64,000 nucleotides of DNA, taken from assembly GCA_032718475.1 (NCBI GenBank), contig JAUCBJ010008230.1:104437-168436 (forward strand). Reading direction: 5' to 3'. Below are positions 37,950 to 51,485 of the stretch, in pieces (position 1 is the first letter of the stretch; each line of letters begins with the position of its first letter). Source of the DNA: Nemertoderma westbladi (Eukaryota; Animalia; Xenacoelomorpha). The notes under the pieces are model-generated. The model saw only the letters and a program-made list of their open reading frames with translations, ran no database searches and had not been told where the DNA came from. The position numbers and the translations under genes were made by a program.

Positions 37950-40080
37950 TGATGGATTATTTCACTATAAGATAGCATTTGTAGTTTAATGTAAAAACTT
38001 TCGAAAATCCGACGCATTTTGATTAAGTTACAGTAATGTAATATGCCTATTCATATTAGTACACAGAAAACACGTAGTTAATCTCGTGGCGTAGTGGTCA
38101 GATGGTTAAGGCGTTGGTTGCATTACAGATAGGTTACGAGTTCGAATCCCAGTCGGGAAATTTTCAATTTGGGGCAATTTATTTTCATTTGGTACAATTT
38201 GATAAACCAATGAGGTGCGTACAACACATGGAACGATGAGTTGGGCCAATCATAGGGCATAGAACAACTTATTGCTCCAATGTGAGGCCATGGAATACTC
38301 TGGAAGGTTCTAGCGGATTCTATGTCCCAGATTTAGTATATAAAGGGCTGGTTTGCCTTCGGTTATCACTCTTCACTATTAGTATCTATTTGACTTTAGT
38401 TGTCATTCTTTGTTTCTTTGGAACTTGTTAGTAAATCTGTTTGATAAATCTTTGCTAAACTGTAAATACACTGTAAACTCATGAACATGTTGTTCTTTGT
38501 TTGTCCAACTTTGGGACAGCCAAGCATCAGGAAGATGGCCGCCTAGACCGTTAGGCCATCTGCAATGCAGGGAAATGATGTCCACAACACGCTAGCGCCC
38601 ACATTAGATTAGACCGCGCACCCCCTTTGCCCTTAGAAATACTCCACATTGCCATGCAGCGCCCACTTTACGAGGAAGGTAAGACTTTGTTTGACGCCCT
38701 TGCCCGACGTAAGACCTATAGATCAGGGTAAGCGTGACGCCGTCCTGGGACGCCGCAAATTTAGGATCAAATAATTATATTCAGACAAACCCCCCCCCCC
38801 CCCCCCCCTCAGTATTACAAATCCCTGGGTTAACCTGTATTTCTCACAGGTGCGAACTATTGCCGTTCGTCAGTACACGAGTACATATTAGGTACGGACA
38901 GCATATGTTCCATAATTTAGTGATTTGTAATACTGACCATTTGGTACCGGTTCGCTTTGTAGAACATACATTAGTACCCCCCCCCCCCCCCCCCCCCTGC
39001 CTGAAGTTAGTTATTTGATCAGGCAAGGAGTATTTCTGCTACCGGCACACCGCTTGGCGTAGGGAGGTTTATTAATATCCTACCGCGCCTTGCCACGTAC
39101 TGATAGTTATTTGCTGCTAACTACCGCAGCAACAAAGTTCTAGAATCAAAGTTGTATACCAGATCAGCTAACATACGGTAGCGATTAACCCATATTTCTT
39201 ATCTTACAACCAGAATCTGGTATTTGATGCCGATCACGGGTGTAGTTACTAACACCGTGGTTGCCCAGTTGAGATGTGGATAGGAAGGAGAGAGCTTTGA
39301 CGCCATTTTGTAAGTATAAAGTTCTACAAACGTGACTAGCTTATTTTTGTAGCTAGTGCACGGTATTGTTTTGGTCAGAGAATTACTAAAACCTAGTAAA
39401 TGATATACACCAAATTGTTTTATTGTAACACACCCACACACACGCCCTAAAACATATTTACCCTTAGAGTTCTACTAGATAGCGCACTTTAGATTACCTT
39501 TAGGCAGAATTTATCTGTAATTTACTATTCGTATTTGTAAGTTTAGGATCTGATATTTAGTTACGGCAAAAGGGATTATTTATTTCGTTATTAAACTGTT
39601 GTTTGTCTGAGCAACGGTATCGTTACATTAGGCACGACCCTCTTTAGACTGATTTCGTACAGGGGGATCAGTATTGTTACGCTAGGTCTGTTAACCCACT
39701 AGTTTATAGTATATAAACCATATAAATCACACCGCGGCAAGTTACGGTATTTAGGACTGTCAGCGATAGTTAGGATTCGCTGCGCGGGGATTGTTTTCCC
39801 GTGAGTTTGGTCTGTTACTGTAACTGTACATCTGCCATACCGGTTAGAGGACAGGTTTCCTTTTGTTTAGTTTGTAGGCATTAGACCCGCTCATGTACAT
39901 AGAATAGACACTAGGCTCTGCTCCTCGTCATTAGTCGTTTGTGTATTGTATCTGTTTGTTTAGATACCCAGGACTGGGATTTGTTGTCAGATACTATACG
40001 AGCCCGCATACATTACTAGATCTTACGGTAAGCTACATCGTTACTAGGATCCGGTAAGCGGTATACTACTGGACTTTTTA
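37950..40080 (+). repeat. 5' LTR of element B
   Basis: Near-identical to 51486-53622; terminal CA reads TA in this copy. Confidence 0.92.
38088..38157 (+). promoter_or_regulatory. tRNA-like Pol III cassette in 5' LTR of B
   Basis: GTAGTGGTCAGATGGTTAAGGCG (box A / D-arm-like), GAGTTCGAATCCC (38138-38150), TTTT at 38161-38164. Confidence 0.7.
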
Positions 40081-40380
40081 TTGAGAAATACTATATAAAT
40101 TAGTGTATATTCGTCACTTTTCAGTGTGAAATTAGTGTATATTTGTCACTTTTTAGTGAGAAATACTATATAAATGAGTGTATATTCGTCACTTTTCAGT
40201 GAGAAATACTATATAAATTAGTGTATACATTCTCACTTTACAGTGATAAATATTATATAAATTAGTGTATAGTATTTGTCTGTCTGTCTCACTTTTCAGT
40301 GAGAAATATTATATAAATTAGTGTATAATATTGTTTAGATCTGTACGCTCTGTAAAGTGCGTGCACACTTTACAGTGAGA
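40081..40380 (+). repeat. ~42-bp tandem repeats at the PBS position of B
   Basis: Units CACTTTTCAGTGAGAAATACTATATAAATTAGTGTATA, about 6 copies. Confidence 0.85.
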
Positions 40381-43078
40381 TATATATATAAATAAATATA
40401 TTGTTAGCTATTGTAAAGTAGGAGATATTATTACAATTTAAAATTAGTAAAATTAGTAATTTGTAAAACGTCCCCTGCTTCAGTAGGCTTTTAGGATAGC
40501 TAGTAGTTTCGCATTTATTATTTGACTAGCTAATAGTTAGTTTGTAGCATTTTGTTTTACGCCGTGTGTGTGCGGTGTTACTTTTGGTACTTGAAAAGGT
40601 ACATAGGGTTTAAAGACCAAGTTGTATCGGTACCTAGGAAGATTTTTTGTAGAGTAGAAGTAAAACTCTCACCTTCGAATTTTCAGGACTCAAGGACTCA
40701 TTTCTGGACCGCTTCGAGGATTAGACCGCTTTTCGCAAGTTTGGGAGACGCAAAATTTGTCCGCAACGCCGAAAATGGAACGACCCACATCCGGTTTGTA
40801 TTTGGGAATTTGCTGGAAGATCAAAGGAGCGTAAGTTTAACGACTAGTGTCGTTCAAACTAAAAAGCACAGTAGTACTCAAAATTTGTGGGTTTCACTGT
40901 CTAATTAGTAGTGTTGTTGGTACTTATTTTCCCGTTAGACGTTGCTGTTTTGCCTATTATTTGTACTTGTTGATCTACATTTTGGTATCGTATACCGTTA
41001 TCTCACTTATTCGTACAAATTTAGCCAGTAGGCTAGATTATTATATTTTATTATATAACCTTTTGATTTTATTTGTACCGGTTAGGGTATATATATATAG
41101 TATATATATATATACCAAGGTAAGTTTGACATTTCGACATTTTGACATTCTGATACTTTGACATTTTATTACCCGTACTTGACGTATATAATAGACATGA
41201 GTGATACACCACATTTGACTCGATAACCACCTACCGACTATGACTCGTGCGACCCGGACAGATCGACAGTAGACGAACCAAGAAGGAGAACCCGAGATTC
41301 CACCAATGTCACACCGCGTGCGTCGCCGGTCCCCCGAACGGAAATACCGGAAGCCGCAACGCGTGGCGACGGCAGAATCGAAGATTTCCTTACCGTCCCG
41401 CAGACCAGATCGCGGGAACCGGACATGGTAAGTTTGACTGGAAGCCAGGAGAACATTATTAGGAGTATAGGAGGACACATGGCCCAGATTACTCAAAACT
41501 TTGTTGAAGGTTTTCGCGTTTTACGCGAGTTAACCACCCCGATGTCGAGATACGAGTTCTACACCTTACAGGTAAGGATAGAAAGTAGGGTACATACGTC
41601 CGTAGATAAACTTAAAGGTTTACACGAACTTGCAGAGTTGCGTGGCGACAACTTTACTCAGGTAAAGATAATATATAAGTTGGTAAGTGCGAGGGAAAGC
41701 CTCATTCAGTTTAAGACAGTTGTAGTATCGACTCAGCAAGAACAACGCGACCAACTGTTAGGTGAGTCAGTTTTGGACGCGTTGTTACAACCCGAAGAGG
41801 AAGAAGAACTATACTGCCTGGACGGGAGGTTATGGATGCTCACTAATTTTCTTCGTAGATGCAGAGTACCGATCGAAGAACCGGAAGTTGTACCGAGAGG
41901 GACGACGGAAGTTCTATCTACAGAAGGCTCGCAAGCCTACCAAATTCCACCACTGAATAGATTGTTTATTAGTGTACGGAGCGACGTTGGCAACGTTGGC
42001 GACGTTAGTTGAACAGCGTCTGTAATTACTCGACAACAACAGGAGGTCGCATGCCGACAACAAGTCGTCGAGGAAGAAGCGCAACGGCAGATGGCGCAGA
42101 TCGCCATCGAATGAGAAAGACAGCGCAGAGAAGATATAGCAAAACTTGCAAAACTTCAAGCGCAGGCTGAGTTCGAAGCATCAGAGATGCGGAGACTGGA
42201 GGAGGACTTAGCGCGAGAAGCGGCCGCGGCGGCAGCAGCCGACGAGTTAGCACGACAGGCGGCAGCTGACGAGCTAGCACAACAGGCAGCGGCTGACGAG
42301 CTAGCACGAGTTGCGGCGGCAGCAGCCGACGAGTTAGCACTACAGGCGGCAGCTGACGAGCTAGCACGAGTTGTGGCGGTAAACGCAGCTGAGTTAGCAC
42401 GGAAGAAAGCAGCATCCGAAGCTCGTGCCAAGTTGGAGGCGCAACAAATAAATGCTCGTTTAGCTATACAGGAAGCGGAGTTAGCGGTACAACAACTGGA
42501 AGCAGATCAACGCGAAAGGAAAATGCAACCACAGTTAAAACTAAATCGCAGATCGCGCGAGGCAGCGAACGCGCAAGCGGACCTCGAACTCGATGCTAGA
42601 GATAGATCTATAAGATCGCAAACTGGACACGACTTGTCTGCCCTGGATCGCATGGAGACTCGATATTGCGGAATTCAGAAGCGAATCGAGTGAAGGAAGT
42701 GTGGGAGCGATAGACCGAGGAGAGGAGTTTTTCGAGGATTACTGTAAACGTTTTCCCCAAGTTATTCCTATGCTCAAACCCACGTCTCCAGTAAAACCTG
42801 TCATAGTTGCAAAACCGAAGGAAATATCACCCGTGCAAGGTAATAGGTTTGTTATGACGGAATCAATTCCGCAGCCACGAGCGACTTCATCGCCGATTCT
42901 CGCAGGTAAGATAAGTAGTCCACCTACTGTAAGCCATAGTTTACTTGTAGAGAGAGACAAACCTGCGTTTATGACAGTAAAACAGGTGAGTAAACCATTA
43001 CAAGTTAAACCTGTGACGTGCTGCGTGAACCCAGTCATTTATAAACCTACAGTAGAGCTTAACTCTGATGTTTTTACT

Positions 43079-43330
43079 AGACCTATCAACCAATGTTTAT
43101 CGAGACCTACGACTTCGTGGAAGGCTTGCGAGCCTACCGAACAATGAAGGGCGATGCATGTGGGTAGTACCCACAGGATCGACCGAGTTCAACGAGACCT
43201 ACGACTTCATGGAAGGCTTGCGAGCCTACCGAACAACAAAGGACGATGGATGTGGGTAGTACCCACAGGATCGAACCGAGTTCAACGAGACCTACAACTT
43301 CGTGGAAGGCTTTCGAGACTGCCGAACAAC
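43079..43330 (+). repeat. ~92-bp triplication in gag of B
   Basis: CGAGACCTACGACTTCGTGGAAGGCTTGCGAGCC recurs three times. Confidence 0.8.
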
Positions 43331-46300
43331 GGAGAGCCGTAGATCCCAGACAACAACGAACTCGACCAAGAATAATACTCCGGACGCAAACCCACAAACC
43401 ACCGTATCCCGACGACAGCAACTCATCCAGTGACTCGGAGTCGACGGAACGGGAAATATTCCGTACTGGAGCGGCAGCTGCGGCTGATTACAAACGGGAG
43501 GAAAGATCGACCAACCAATACATCGACAATCCTCCACGAGAAACACCTTTGCAGAAACCCATGTTGCAACCAGTGGAAGCGATTAACGCCAAACAGTTCA
43601 CCGAGATGGCGGACCAACTAGCTCAGATAGAAGGCGACTCAAAGTGCAACCGTCGGATCGATCACGAACCAGCGTGGAGTTTGAACAACCTGAACAACAT
43701 CGACCACCAAGGAGAGAACAGGAGATTAGACAGACTCCGAACCATCGAGAAGAAGATCCCGTTAATATTTCCTACCAACAAACAACGCGCGGAAGGGAAC
43801 AATTGGACGACACAACCGAACAGGGACGTGGACAGTTGGATTTCGTTAGCGAGATTGCAAAGTTCGCGGCTAGACACGGATTACCGGCACAGCAACCGCC
43901 AAAGTTCTCTGGCAACGCGAAACACTGGTGGACACTGGTAGACTACGTAGAGTCCCAGATTGCTAAGTGCGCTTTCACCTTGACGGATAAGTTTAATTAC
44001 TTGCTCCTAGTCCTGTCTGGTGAGCCGAAACGATTAGCGGAAACCTTTATTGGTGTTCCAGATTGCTGAGGAGACTGTTGCAGAGGAGGCAGCATTTCGA
44101 AACCGATCGGTCTTCTACGACTCGCGGATGAAATAAAAAACGCTATAGGCACTTTGCGGTCCATTGGACAACTCGAATACGCTAACGCACCGACATTTCT
44201 CATTTGAACAATTGGTAGACTTCATCATCGAATGAATGGCGACGCATCGAGTACCAGCGTGAAGAGACCGGCGGGCTACTAAAACTCACAGACGTCTACC
44301 AACTGATTTCGCGGGAGGCCGTGATCGAGACTCGATTGAACTACACTAATCACCATATCGCGGCAGAAGGGATAGCTATTTCTGCGCCAAATTGGACTAA
44401 ACCGTTTCCGACGAACGCGAAAGCCGTTACCAACGCCACCCCAACTGAGACTTCGAAAGTTCTGACGCCTATCGGCACCACACAGCCACGACAACAGTTG
44501 CCGGCGGACTTTGTGGGATGCTCATACTTCGAGCGGAATGGCAGGAACCATAGCGGACATAAATTACGTGGATGTCGCGCTTTTAAGGAGTTAGGAATCG
44601 AAGAAAGGAAACTTCAAATTCGATCTTTGGATTCTTGCTGGAGATGAACGAAGCCAGGACACGTCCGGAAGGATTGCCCGAGCGACGATACATGTTCTTT
44701 GTGTGGACTTAACCATGACGCGTTACTTCACACTACCAGTCATATTCCGACCAGACGATTTTGACGAGAGCATCCAGATAAAGCGGCTAGATGCGACGCA
44801 CTATATAAGGAGCGTGCGCCGCGTGAGATCCGTACGTTTGATATGGACTGTATGGATCAATCGGGATCATCGGACGAGGACGAGGAGGAAGACGACACAT
44901 TTTATGTGCATGCGGGTGAGGAACAGCCATCGGTAACACTCCACACACAGAACCAATTGAAAGGGTTTAGCGTGATTCCTATAAAGATTACCGGAACCCA
45001 AGGGAGCAAGTGTATATACGCTATCTTAGACTCTGCGTCATCACATAGTTATGTCGACGAACAAGTAGCCAACGTAGTTACAGACATGAGTCAAGGTAAG
45101 ACTGCTCAGTATACTGTAAGCAGCATGAATGGTAAGAGAGCAATTCCTATGACGAGAGTAAAACTAACCTTAGACACTCTTCTTTCCAAAGCGGTACACA
45201 GCAAGGAGGAGCGCTCATTACTTCCGGTAAGAAATTTGACCTTTGCAGCTACGAAGGACTTTAGTAACTTGCTCAGCCCTGTGCTAGAGCAATCACCGGA
45301 AGATTGTAAGTATTTCCGACACCTTGGAATACCGGAATGTCCTGTTAATTATTGTTCCATCGTGATGTTAATTGGGACAGAACAGTTTAACTTACATCAG
45401 GTATGGGAGACACGTTCCGTTCATCTGTTATTACAGCGGGCAACCTCTACGCATGTAGAACTCCCATAGGTTGGTATACTAGAGCACCAGTACGTTCACT
45501 AGAGTTAAGTGACCAGGAGGACGACGTTTTGAGTACGTGTAGTTTATTGACTAACACGATAGATAATTCTCCTTCACACTCCTGTGGTCCAATTGTACAG
45601 ACTGCACTATGACAGACTTGCGTCGCTAACACAGACGCCACCGATACTGACATAACAGATCTGGACATGACCACACGGACCTCTGACTTACAACTACTTG
45701 CAGTAAACCAGGTTGTATTGACTACCGAAGACCAAAGGGTTGTTGCTGTAGATGACTCAATGAACGAGGGTTTTGGAAGGCTTGCGAGCCTACCGAAAAA
45801 TCCGAAGGTCATTGACCCCACCCACCAGGCTTCGACACCGGCCGTTGATCTAGGAAGAAGGCTTGCAAGCCTACCGACAGATCAAGAAGTTGTCAAACCG
45901 CCGCACGACGATTCGACGCCGACTAGTGACACCGGAAGGCTTGCGAGCCTACTAGACACATTGACACTAGCCACAGCAGCGGACAAAGACGTGGACGAGG
46001 ACCATGGCGCAGTGCAAGCAGAATGCTGACCGAATGCTGACTGAACGGACCATTCAATGGTTGGAACAGAACTCAGCAGGACCCGGTAGTTACGAGACCA
46101 CTATGTCAGAACAGGTAAAACGGTCATTAAATATTATGAGAGATACCATTTGCCAGACCGCAAATGGCCACTATGAGGTTGGCATGTTGTGGCGCAATGG
46201 ACAACCTAAGCTTGTTAACAATTACCCGCTTGCTTTGAGGCAACTCAAATCAATAAGGCAGCGATTGTTGCGAGATGAGATGGACCATATGCAATACAAT

Positions 46301-47899
46301 GCGCAACTTTAGACGTATCTCCAAAGGTGATACGCCATTAGGATGTTAAATCCCGAGGTAACCACAGATCAGACATATTACCTGCCACATCATTTTGTTC
46401 GACACCCGGACAAACCTGGCAAGGTGCGTCTAGTCAACGACTGCCCCGCGCTTTACCAAGAGATGTCTATGAACAGCAAATTGATGGACGGGCCGAATAT
46501 GAATAATTATCTCATGGGAGTCCTAATGCATTTTAGACAACGCAAAGTGGCTTTCACCTGTGACGTAGAGGCCATGTTTCACCAGGTTAAGGCTTTGGAG
46601 TGGGACAGGGACAGCTTGAGGTTTGTATCCGGATGGAAATTTAGAACTACCAAATGCAGGTAAGAGTTTTCGGAGCCAGGGACAGCCTCAACTGCACCAT
46701 GTACGCGTTAAAGCAGACCGCATTGGACAGACGAGACAAATTTGACCCAGAAGTAGTTCAAACAGTGGAACGAGATTGCTACGTGGATGACGTCCAAAAG
46801 AGTTGTGACACTTTGGAGCGCACTACGACCGTAGCATACCAACTCCAGGATTGTCTCGCTGAGGGCGGATTCCGCCTGACAAAGTTCGCTTCCGACGAAC
46901 CCGAACTAGTGAACTTATTTGACCCGACGGATCGCAGTGGAGGTGACTTAGACTTAGACCTAGAACCTCTACCTCCGACCAAAGTATTAGGACATAGTTA
47001 GGACCCTAACACCGACAATTTTAGGGTATGTGTAAGGTCCAACGACCAGACTAGACCTCTCACTAAAAGGACTTGCTTATCGACCATGAGTCGATTGTAT
47101 GACCCATAGTGTTTCATTAGTCCAGTGATCCTACATGCTAGGATCATACTCCGCAGCATTTGGCAAGCTGGACTGGAATGGGACGATCCCATCCCAGAAA
47201 AGTTAGCTGAGCAATGGAGGGACTGGGAAGCCCAACTGACATTCCTACAAGACTATACCATACCAAGGGTATACTTTCCTTTGTAGACCACCTTTCCTGC
47301 CGATTTAGAGCTTCACAGCTTTAGTGACGCTAGCAAGGATGGATTGGGGGTTACCTTATACCTTAGACGACAAGTGACATTGGACAGCTACGATGTGTCT
47401 CTTGTTACTTCTAAGGCTCGAACAATGCCATTGAAGTATATGTGGAGAGCTGCAAGCCGGGACGATATCCACTGATATTGTCAGTCTAGTTCAACGCGAG
47501 CTGGAGGCTAACTTGAAGGTCACATATTGGACGGATGCGACATTGGTACTTTGGTACATAAACAACAAAGCATTTGAGTTCAAGACTTTCGTAGCCAACA
47601 GACGGGCTGAAATATTAGACTGGTTGCTAAAACAAGATTGGCGTCACTGTCCAGGGAAGCTGAACCCAGCTGACATCGCGTCACGGGGGATGCAACCGCT
47701 TGACTTTTGTAAACCGGACAATAAATCCTTTTGGTTTAGAGGACCCGATTTCCTACAGCGACCATCAGACGAATGGCCACCGTTATTTGACGCGACAACC
47801 AATACCATACCAGAGGGTGCCGAGATAAAAATCGACAAGGTTGTCAAATCTAAAGCAAAAGCCAACGCCAAGGTCAAGAGGAAACAAGGATGGACGAAA

Positions 47900-48320
47900 T
47901 GTGATGACCTGGACGTTAGACCTGACATTACGCCAGACGTCTCACCAGAATCTCGACCAGACGCTCGTACAAATCTTTCCCCGGATGTTCCGCGGGAGAT
48001 TTCACCAGACGTTTCGCTGGATTGTTCACCAGATTACTTGCCAGATTATTCACCAGAAGCGACACCAGATTATTCTCCGGATTGTTCACCAGATTGTTTT
48101 ATGGAACTCTCGACAGATTGTCTACCGGACGTTTCACCAGACTTTCCACAAGACATCTCGAAAGACTGTCCACCAGACTTTAGACCAGACTTTCTGACAG
48201 AAGTTACGCCAGACTTTCTTTGGGACCAACGACAGGACATTTTGCTGGATGTTCCGTGCTATGTCTCACCAGACATCTCACCAGACTGTTCACCGGACGC
48301 TTCACCAGACTCTCTACTAG
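47900..48320 (+). repeat. in-frame 12-bp (SPDx) repeat array in pol linker of B
   Basis: TCACCAGAY-NNN repeats encoding SPDV/SPDC/SPDY. Confidence 0.85.
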
Positions 48321-50553
48321 ACACTCCAGTAGAAGACCCATTGGAGCGGACATTTAGAAACTTAACAAATTTGACTTCTTTGGACGATAAAGGTGTGGCC
48401 ACAGCGATCACACTCCGCTCAAAGAAAATAATTGACTTACCACCTTCAGGTAAACGTCTGACTAAGGTTAGGAAGCTTACAGGCTCACAGGAACACACTG
48501 ATACTGTAAAGTTGAAACCGTTACTGCCAGTAGACTCACTAGGAGCGGACGGTAAAGGTAAGACCGTGGGGATTGACATACTTGGGGACTCAGACAAACC
48601 TACCGGAAGGCCCGTGGGCCTACCAAGTCCAAACAAGTATCCACACTATAACTATACCTTACCTGATGATGTCACTAACACTTACATTGACCGGATAGTA
48701 AACCTAACTAGATCATGGAATGACGCGTGCCGCAAGTTAGCATGGCTCAAACGTTTGAGACAATATGCCAGAGGCAAACGCGACTTTCCTAGAAGACTTA
48801 CCTTAAAGGAAGTTGGTCATTGTGAAGTTGATATCATTTGCCATTATCAATTGCGATACTTCGCACGAGAATTGACAGCGATCAACCAAGGTAAACAGAT
48901 CAAGTCTTCACCGATTTTGAGTTGGAGTCCGATTATTTATAGGGGCTTACTTTGCCACAAGTCCAGACTCCAAACCATCGACTTTGCACTTGACTTTAGG
49001 TATCCTATCATCATACCGCAACACCATGAATTACAGCGCGCTATGATACTGGACGCACATGTACAACTCAAACACGTGGGTAGACATCACTGTCTATCAC
49101 ATTTACGATCGAGGTTTGTACTGATTAGGCCTAGCAAGGCACTGAGTTCGGTAACACGGAACTGTATGATTTGTAAGAAGGTGCACGCAAGGATAGGACA
49201 CCAAGAAATGAGTGAACTACCACTTGCAAGATTACAGGCGTTTAGACCCCCTTTCACTGAGACGGGGATAGACTGTTTTGGACCCATAATCGCAAAACAC
49301 GGAAGGGTACAGGTAAAACGTTGGGGATTAATCTTCACTTGCATGGCCAGCAGAGCTGTCCATATAGAGCGTGTGACAGATTTAACCACCAATGCCTTTA
49401 TCCTAGCCTTACGGCGATTTATCGCAAGACGTGGATTGGTCAAATCCATTTATTGTGACAAAGGGACAAGCTTTGTGGGTGCACGGAACAAAATAACCAG
49501 AGCTTTAAGAAAGTTGGACCAAACCAGATTTCCGAGGAACGAATTGTTTGGAATTTTAATACTCCAGACAGTCCATGGAGAGGCGGCGTTTGGGAAAGGC
49601 TGATTGGCTCAATAAAAACAGCTATGCTAAAGTAATACCGACACAACACATCTTGACAGACGACCAACTGACGACGTTACTAATAGAAATCAAAGCGATT
49701 TTGAACACTAGACCGATCGCTTTGATCCCAGACAATAACGACCCACAGTTTGCCTTGACACCAGCGCACCTGCTTATGCAGGCGCCGACGACATTGTTGC
49801 CCATTTCGGTACCCGTTAATAGTGAGGGATAAGGCAACAAAGCTTGGAAAATCACTCAATTACTTGCAAATAAATTCTGGGAAATATGGCAGAAATATTA
49901 TTTGCCCTCTATTTCAACCAGAACTTCTTGGTATCTTAATACCCAATGTTTGAAACGAGGAGACCATGTTTTATTGGCTGAAGCCAATCTGAAAAGACGG
50001 TTTTGGCTGACTGGAGTCATTTTGACCACGCACCCTACATCTGGTGTAGTAAGGACAGTTACTGTACGGACTATCGACGGACGTACTGTAGATAGGCCTG
50101 TACAACGTTTCGTACTCCTTGAAGATACTAGAAACGAGACAGAAGACTACAAATCTCCACCCAATATTAGTAAATAGAGATGTAGGACCCTTGATGGCCG
50201 CCACATAGACTTACCGTATTTTAGTAATTTCGTATTTTGTATTACTGTTTGTGCATTTGTAATCCTCTTTACTGTAGATAGAGAAAGCGGTGGAATTCCA
50301 TTGTCTTTATATGTGAACATGGAGGGTAGTACCCTTATGTATCACATAGGAGCAGGATTGTGTGTACAGTAGGAATACAAGTGAGACAATTTTTCAAATA
50401 TTATTAGACAAATCCATTTAGTTGGATTTAAATTTAAGAAAAATGATTCTCCAGTGAATGCGAATTCTAGAATACAGCTAGATAAAATTAAAATTGGGGA
50501 GGACAAGAGCGGATGGAAGGCTTGCGAGCCTACCGATAAAATTTTTATAGAGT

Positions 50554-50930
50554 ATGGCTAGGAGTACAGCCAAGCTTGCTAAGTCCAAGGCGGATCCGAA
50601 TGTGACTAAACAGCGATTGGACGCTTATAACAAAAGAGCGGAGGAGTTACGCTCGGAGTTCAAAGCGTTGTACCCCCGAGATGCGTTATGCGACACCAGC
50701 GACGTTTGCGAGGACCCGAGACACAGAGATATGATCTTTATAGATGCGCTCGAGGAGCGGATCCGGAAACCAAGGACGCGTTCTCCATTTATAAACTGTT
50801 CTATAAATGTGGAGGATGTATGCGTGAGCAAGACAACGCGATTCCTATGCGCTTGAACATGGAGAACCCCGAGCCGACATTAGCGCGTTGCCCAAACCAC
50901 CAAAGTCTGCGTTACCAAGAAGGTTGTTTC
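50554..50930 (+). pseudogene. truncated ORF3 homolog in element B
   Basis: STAKLAK...LYP.DALCDT.D..ED and AFSIYKLFYKCGGCMREQ..AIPMRLN.ENPEP..ARC.NHQ.LRYQEG match A 29376-29830. Confidence 0.8.
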
Positions 50931-51485
50931 ATTTCCCGGTATTCTAGAACCGCAGGCAACTTGACAGGGCGTGGACGAGTCCGTTCAGCCAAGAAATAGG
51001 TGAGCGAGAGAAAATAAGGCTTGCGAGCCTAACGTTAGCAATTAGTGCTCAGGAAAAGATATCCAGACCAGCAGAACGAACTTTTAAGATCGTCAGGAGG
51101 ACACTTTAAGACTTACTTGGAAGTTATTAGTGCATTATGTTTATTTTATATTTGGATTGATTTAATTTGGTACCTAAAAGGATTTATAATTATTTGTTTG
51201 ATTTGTTTGATTTGTTTTGATTTGTTTTGTTCTGATTTGTTTAATTTGCTTATCTTGATAACCGAAAGCTTTTTTTTGTATTTTATGCACTAAAGTTAAT
51301 TAGTAAGTTTGTTATTTTGTATGTATGATGGATTGTATTTACGCCGTACCTGCAATATTAAGTATGCAATAATTAGATAGTGATTATTTTATATTTTAGG
51401 CCCCACCAGTAGATTTAGAAGTATTTGTAAATAGTTTGTATTTCGATTGGTGAAAACAGTCTTACTTACTGTTTTCATGGAGCGG

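Larger units (their letters stand above)
41197..50177 (+). pseudogene. pol: gag-pol of element B
   Basis: PPKFSGN Gag core, ILDSAS protease, YLPHH/YVDD RT, HSFSDAS RNase H, GIDCFGP integrase; many stops and frameshifts. Confidence 0.93.

Noticed and set aside
40081-40380. CRISPR-like array
   Set aside because: Head-to-tail repeats with no unique spacers, eukaryotic retroelement context and no cas genes.
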